From: an uncultured Gemmatimonadales bacterium
GTDB taxonomy: Bacteria > Gemmatimonadota > Gemmatimonadetes > Longimicrobiales > RSA9
Length of the DNA stretch: 64,000 nt
Assembly (NCBI GenBank): GCA_963798085.1
Contig: CAWCRS010000005.1
Location: 1-64,000 of the forward strand
Reading direction: 5' to 3'
The position numbers and the translations under genes are program-made. The notes under the pieces are model-generated. The model ran no database searches and was not told the DNA's origin. It saw nothing but the letters and a program-made list of their open reading frames with translations. Shown piece after piece: positions 56,377 to 64,000 of this stretch. Positions within the stretch are counted from its first letter, which is position 1; every line of letters begins with the position of its first letter.

Positions 56377-56449
56377 TGGAGCGTACCGGGATCGAACCGG
56401 TGACCTTCTGGTTGCAAACCAGACGCTCTCCCAGCTGAGCTAACGCCCC
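56377..56449 (-). tRNA. tRNA-Ala (TGC)
   Basis: GGGGCGTTAGCTCAGCTGGGAGAGCGTCTGGTTTGCAACCAGAAGGTCACCGGTTCGATCCCGGTACGCTCCA folds as a cloverleaf with a G3:U70 pair and anticodon TGC. CCA is not encoded. Confidence 0.97.
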
Positions 56450-56581
56450 GACGCACGCGTTTCGCGAATGATCACGAGTATCGCACGCGCGCAGGACGAC
56501 GTTAATGGGCGAGGAGATGCGATCAAGCCGGAGCGCCCGCGTTGCTGCGCACGAGCACGTAGCAACGATCTTCCGACTGAT

Positions 56582-57437
56582 TCAGGCGCTGCGGCCTCGT
56601 CGTGTGGGGCGAATCTCTTCGCGGCGGCGGCGAGCGGCCTGCAGGAGGATGGCTGCGGTCAGCTCGGCGTCCTCGACGAGGATGAAGCCGCGCGCGCTGT
56701 CGACGGATTCATCGAGGCGAAGGCCGTCGGCGAAGAGCACGACACTCTCGAGTCGTGCGTGCGGGATGCTGACTGTGCGCTTGGCGCCCTGAAACAGCGT
56801 ACGGCGACTGGTGACGACGAACATGCCGAGGTCGACGGGCAGGATTTCCTCGTTGGGACGCAGCGCGGCACGGTGGCCCGCGGCGGAGAACCGGCGCCCG
56901 CCGGTCACGGCCAGGGTCACACCCTGCGGCTCGAGGCGGGGACGGCCGGGCATCTCCAGTCGGTCGGCAAGCGAGGCCTGCACCACCCAGTGACAGACTT
57001 CGCGTGGCACGAGCGGCAACGGCGATTCGACGGTGGGCAGTTCGCCCGCTTCAACCCGGGCCAGCAGCCGCAGGCGGGCCAGCCGATTCACATCCTCGCC
57101 CAGATCCTCCTCGCTCAGGCCGAGCTGCTGCTGCAGCCGGATCAGCTGCTGATCCTCTTCCGGCGTGAGACGCGCATCGGCCAGCGCGCTACGCAGCGCG
57201 CCACGGTCAGATGGCGCGCGCCACCATGCGCACCTCGGCGTGCGTGAGGTCACGCTCCGCGCGGATGCGTTCCAGTTCGGCGATTTCTTCCGGCGCGAGC
57301 GTGCCATCGGCGAGCGCGTTCTCGAGCGTGCGACGATAGAGACGGCGGGCGGCACGGCGACGCTGCAGCACCCAGAAGACACCGCAACCGGCCAGCACGG
57401 CCGTGAATGCTGCGGCGAGTGCGATTGGTCCATTCAC
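56582..57437 (-). CDS. membrane-anchored protein with two TerB-like helical repeats and a PH-like C-terminus (frameshift near 57208)
   Basis: N-terminal TM, ALADGTLAPEEIAELERI and ALADARLTPEEDQQLIRL repeats, then DLGMFVVTSRRTLFQGAKRTVSIP. Confidence 0.7.
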
Positions 57438-57667
57438 AGCCGGATGCTAATGCGCGCGGCCGGACGCGGGCAACTGGCCCGGGACGACCGTAATCGGCCG
57501 GGCCGGCCTCGCCTGCGCGGGCGATGGCCTCATATCGAAGCCCGACGGAGAGTTACCCAGCCGTCATGGCGGGCGTGCGAATCGGCTTCCGCCGGCATTG
57601 GACCGGCCGTAGCTTGCTCCCAGCGGCCGAGGGATGGCCGGCGGACAGCCACCTGGATGGAGGATGC

Positions 57668-58342
57668 ATGCGCGCGATGATCGCAGTGGTGGGTATGCTG
57701 GCACTGGCGGCGCCGCTGGCGGCGCAGGGTCACATGGGTGATCCAACGAAGAAGATCGAAGGCGGCGGTGTGTTTCCGCCGGGCTGGCACGCCCGCGTGG
57801 ATCAGGCCAGCGAATCGACCGACCAGGTCAAGTTCGTGACGATGGGCAGCGGTTACCACGTCACCCTGGGCCCGCACACCATCCTGTGGAACGCTACTAA
57901 CACAGCGTCAGGAAGCTATCGCGTGACCGCGCAGTTCGCAGGCGTGCTGCAGCCCGCAGGGCATGGCGCGGGCGGTGAATCCTACGGTCTCATCTTCGGC
58001 GGCTCGAACCTGGACAGGGACAACCAGACCTACTTCTACTTCATCATCCACAAGAGTGGCGAGTGGGAGCTGCGGCATCGCGCGGGCGCGGCGGTGCACG
58101 ATGTGCAGACGTGGACCGCGAACCCGGCCATCCAGGCGGCGGACGCGTCCAGCAAGCAGACAAATACGCTGTCAGTGGAAGTGGGCGCGGACAAGGTGCG
58201 CCTGCTGGCCAACGGCAGGGAAGTGGGCAGCCTGGACCGCAGCCAGCTGGAAGCCATGAGCCCGCTGAACGGCATCGCCGGTATGCGCTTCAGCCACAAC
58301 CTCAATGGGCACATCGGCAGCTTCACCGTGGAAAAGATGTAG
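57668..58342 (+). CDS. secreted beta-sandwich (ConA/DUF1080-like) hypothetical protein
   Basis: GGAGG RBS, signal peptide, ESYGLIFGG, YFYFII, NTLSVEV...LLANG, GIAGMR. Confidence 0.75.
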   Translation: MRAMIAVVGMLALAAPLAAQGHMGDPTKKIEGGGVFPPGWHARVDQASESTDQVKFVTMGSGYHVTLGPHTILWNATNTASGSYRVTAQFAGVLQPAGHGAGGESYGLIFGGSNLDRDNQTYFYFIIHKSGEWELRHRAGAAVHDVQTWTANPAIQAADASSKQTNTLSVEVGADKVRLLANGREVGSLDRSQLEAMSPLNGIAGMRFSHNLNGHIGSFTVEKM

Positions 58343-58353
58343 GCGACGACGCC

Positions 58354-59472
58354 ATGACACAGCCTCGTACGGTGCACGAGCTGACGACGCCCGCCGGACT
58401 GGTGGACGTCGACCGCATGCGCGCCAACCTGGATCGGCTGGCTGAGTACACGCGGGTTCACGGGCTGGCGCTGCGACCGCACATCAAGACGCACAAGGTG
58501 CCGGCGCTGGCCCGCGAGCAGCTGCGCCGCGGCGCGGCGGGTCTGACGGTCGCCACACTGCACGAAGCGCGCTGCATGTCCGCGGTGGCGGACGACATTC
58601 TCATGGCGTACCCGCCTGTGGGACGCGTGCGGCTGAACGGCATCGTCGCGCTGCCGGAACCCGTGCGCGTGACGGTGGGCCTGGACTCGACCAGCGCACT
58701 CGACGCGCTTTCGGTCGCGGCGGCCGCGGCGGGCCGCACCATTGGCGTCTATGTCGAAATGGATGTGGGTATGCACCGTGTGGGATTGCCGCGCACGCAG
58801 GACGTGGTGCAGCTGGCGCAGCGCGCGATCGATGCGCGCGGCATCGCCTATCGCGGCGTGATGTTCTATCCGGGTCACATTCGCCAGCGTGTCGAGGAGC
58901 AGACTCCCTGGCAGCAGCGGCTTTCGCAGGATCTGGCAGAGCGGCTGGATGCGCTGCGTGCGGCAGGGCTGACGCCGGCGGCGGTGAGCGGCGGCTCGAC
59001 GCCCACCGCATATTCCTCGCACGAAGTCGCGGGCCTGACCGAGATCCGGCCCGGCACGTACATCTTCAACGATCGCGGCACGGCGGAGATCGGTGCGTGC
59101 ACAGCCGATGACTGCGCCTACACCGTGCTCGCCACGGTGGTAAGCACGGCAGTGCCCGGCCAGGCCGTGGTGGATGCCGGCTCGAAGGCGATCGGCCGGG
59201 AGCCGGTGCGCGGTGCGGAAGGCGAAGGCTATGGCGCACTGCTCGACAGACCCGAGGTGCTGGTGCGCAGCATGAGCGAGGAGCACGGCATTCTCGATCT
59301 GACGCAGAGCGACTGGCGGCCGGCCGTGGGCGACCTCGTGCGCATCGTCCCCAACCACGTCTGCTATTCGGTGAATCTCCAGCCCATCCTCTGGGCCGTG
59401 CAGGGCAATGTGGTGACGGACCAGTGGGAAGTCGCGGCCCGCGGCTGGACCGAAGCGCGGCCCGCCGCCTGA
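58354..59472 (+). CDS. D-threonine aldolase / D-serine dehydratase-like PLP enzyme (alanine racemase fold)
   Basis: TTPAGLVD, LRPHIKTHK (PLP Lys), SGGSTPT, EIRPGTYIFND, DAGSK, SEEHG, IVPNHVC. Confidence 0.92.
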   Translation: MTQPRTVHELTTPAGLVDVDRMRANLDRLAEYTRVHGLALRPHIKTHKVPALAREQLRRGAAGLTVATLHEARCMSAVADDILMAYPPVGRVRLNGIVALPEPVRVTVGLDSTSALDALSVAAAAAGRTIGVYVEMDVGMHRVGLPRTQDVVQLAQRAIDARGIAYRGVMFYPGHIRQRVEEQTPWQQRLSQDLAERLDALRAAGLTPAAVSGGSTPTAYSSHEVAGLTEIRPGTYIFNDRGTAEIGACTADDCAYTVLATVVSTAVPGQAVVDAGSKAIGREPVRGAEGEGYGALLDRPEVLVRSMSEEHGILDLTQSDWRPAVGDLVRIVPNHVCYSVNLQPILWAVQGNVVTDQWEVAARGWTEARPAA

Positions 59473-59693
59473 GCCTCTCCTAACACGATCCTTGCAGGCG
59501 ACGCCGCCGCTTTGCGTTCGCGTCTGTCCCGCGACCGGCACAGCGGAGTGACACCGTTTCCGGTCAGTGCGAGGCGCACGGGCCCGCAGATCGATTCGTG
59601 CAACCACCTGCCCTGCAACGAAATACGGTCCACGACCGGGGCAAGGAACGGGCCCTGCCCTGAAGCCGGGTGCACTCGCACGAGGGAGGAGCA

Positions 59694-60305
59694 ATGAGCA
59701 CTCGACGTTTGGTTCTGATGACGACGGCACTCACAGTCTCGCTGGCGGCGCCGGTGCTGGCGCAGGGGCGGGACACCCATGCAGAGCGGGCGCGCCAGGG
59801 ACAGGCGACCGGTGTGATGGTGCCGCGCGGTGATAGTCGAGCCGATGGCGATCGGGATGAATGCGATGACAACGACCGCGCCCGGAATCGTGATCGCGAC
59901 GCGGGCTCGCACGACTGGAACGATGCCGACGGCCGGCGCGACCGGCATGACAGCGACTGCAACGTGGTCGCCGAACGCCGGGACGGCCGCTACCCCGCGC
60001 GCTACGATGCTCGCAGCGTGTTAGTGCGGGAGCACGCGCAGCTGCTGGAGCGCCTGGAGCGCGAACACGAGCAGTGGCATCGCGAGCACGGCTGGGTTGC
60101 CCGCAATCCCGGCTGGGAGCGTGCCCATGCGAAACTGCACGAGCGGCTGGAGCGCGAACACGAGCGCTTCCATCGGTCGCGCGCCGTGGGCTATCGCCTG
60201 CCCGGCGACCGCCGGCAGGGCTCTGCGGCCTGGGGTTTCATCCAGCCGGGGCTTCGGATCGGTGTCGTGGTGGAGGCCGGGAGTCAGGGCCGGCGAGAGC
60301 ACTGA
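59694..60305 (+). CDS. secreted His/Arg/Asp-rich hypothetical protein
   Basis: GAGGGAGGAG RBS, signal peptide, RD-rich region and an internal repeat HAxLxERLEREHExxH. Confidence 0.7.
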   Translation: MSTRRLVLMTTALTVSLAAPVLAQGRDTHAERARQGQATGVMVPRGDSRADGDRDECDDNDRARNRDRDAGSHDWNDADGRRDRHDSDCNVVAERRDGRYPARYDARSVLVREHAQLLERLEREHEQWHREHGWVARNPGWERAHAKLHERLEREHERFHRSRAVGYRLPGDRRQGSAAWGFIQPGLRIGVVVEAGSQGRREH

Positions 60306-60390
60306 TCAGCGGGCACTCGAGTCTCGCGCGTTCCGGAGCGGAGGCTGGAGAGCGGAGGTGGAGGCGACGACGCTTCCACCTCCGCTGCCG

Positions 60391-63188
<2,798 letters not shown>

Positions 63189-63445
63189 TGCAGGCTTCCC
63201 TTCCCGACCCGAAGAAGACGTCGTGCAGCGTCGTCGCCCGTGATGTTCTGCAATACCCCGCTGCGCCCGTGAGGAGGCAGGCGCAGCCGCGCCAATTATG
63301 TTGCCGCTGCCGCGGCCCGGCCAGCCTCGGCCCGCGCAGCGGGGCGCGGCCGCGCGTCGGGGCCGGCCGGCGCTTACTTGCGCGCGCCGTCGCTGCGGTT
63401 AGCATTCCGGCAGACGAACCAGCGACACCCACAGCGGCCAGCCCA

Positions 63446-64000
63446 ATGAACCGCACCGCCCGGCGCACGCACGGCTTCACAGAATCCGTGATCCGCGACA
63501 TGACGCGCGTAGCGAACGAGGCCGGCGCCATCAATCTGGCGCAGGGCTTTCCGGATTTTCCGGCTCCCGATGTGTTGAAGGAAGCCGCGTGCGCTGCGAT
63601 TCGTGCGGACGTGAATCAGTACGCCGTCACGTGGGGCACGCCGCGGCTGCGTCGTGCGCTGGCCGCGAAGTATGCGCGCGACTACGGCATGGAAGTGGAT
63701 CGAGGCGAGGGAAGTCACGGTGACGTGCGGCGCGACGGAAGCCATGGCCGCGGCGCTGATGGCGGTGATCGATCCCGGTGACGAAGTCATCATCTTCGAG
63801 CCGTTCTACGAGAACTACGGGCCCGACGCCATCCTCTGTGACGCCCGCCCCGTCTGGGTGCCGCTCGGATGCATCCGGCGCTCTGGACATCGAGCGCATC
63901 CGCGCAGCCATATCGCCGCGCACGCGCGCCATTGTGATCAATTCGCCCAACAACCCCACAGGCCGCGTATTCGACCGCGCCGAGCTGGAAGCGATCGCCG
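63446..64000 (+). CDS. class I/II PLP-dependent aminotransferase (3' truncated, frameshifted)
   Basis: FTESVIRDMTR, AINLAQGFPDF, NQYAVTWG, VTCGATEAM, FEPFYENY, NSPNNPTG. Confidence 0.92.

Overview
High-GC bacterial chromosomal segment. It is probably Gemmatimonadota, inferred from SusC/SusD-type uptake genes outside Bacteroidota, an alpha2-type GlyRS, a TPEP-type PEP-CTERM protein and overall gene content. It is mostly core and housekeeping genes: trpS, queD, priA, carB, nth, glyQS, mlaEFD, acnA and tRNA-Ala(TGC). From about 3.7 to 55.6 kb nearly every gene is on the minus strand. Accessory modules include: an ECF sigma/anti-sigma/TonB-receptor trio with two matching ECF-type promoter motifs; a TolC-MFP-RND efflux operon; a SusC/SusD pair with two S9 dipeptidyl-peptidases, an amidohydrolase and an M24 peptidase (a candidate peptide-utilisation locus); a two-dehydrogenase/cupin/HD module; and a PEP-CTERM gene with a sigma-54-type promoter and an HpsJ-like partner. 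Many genes, including essential ones, are broken by single-base frameshifts. These are most likely long-read consensus errors, not pseudogenes. No CRISPR array, prophage, integrase or transposase was seen. The strongest leads are an AT-hook nucleoid-like protein, an unannotated 36-aa MetS-like gene, a divergent UDG-superfamily protein, an orphan GvpL/F protein coupled to priA, and a dispersed intergenic repeat family. All product calls come from motif recognition by eye; no database searches were run.
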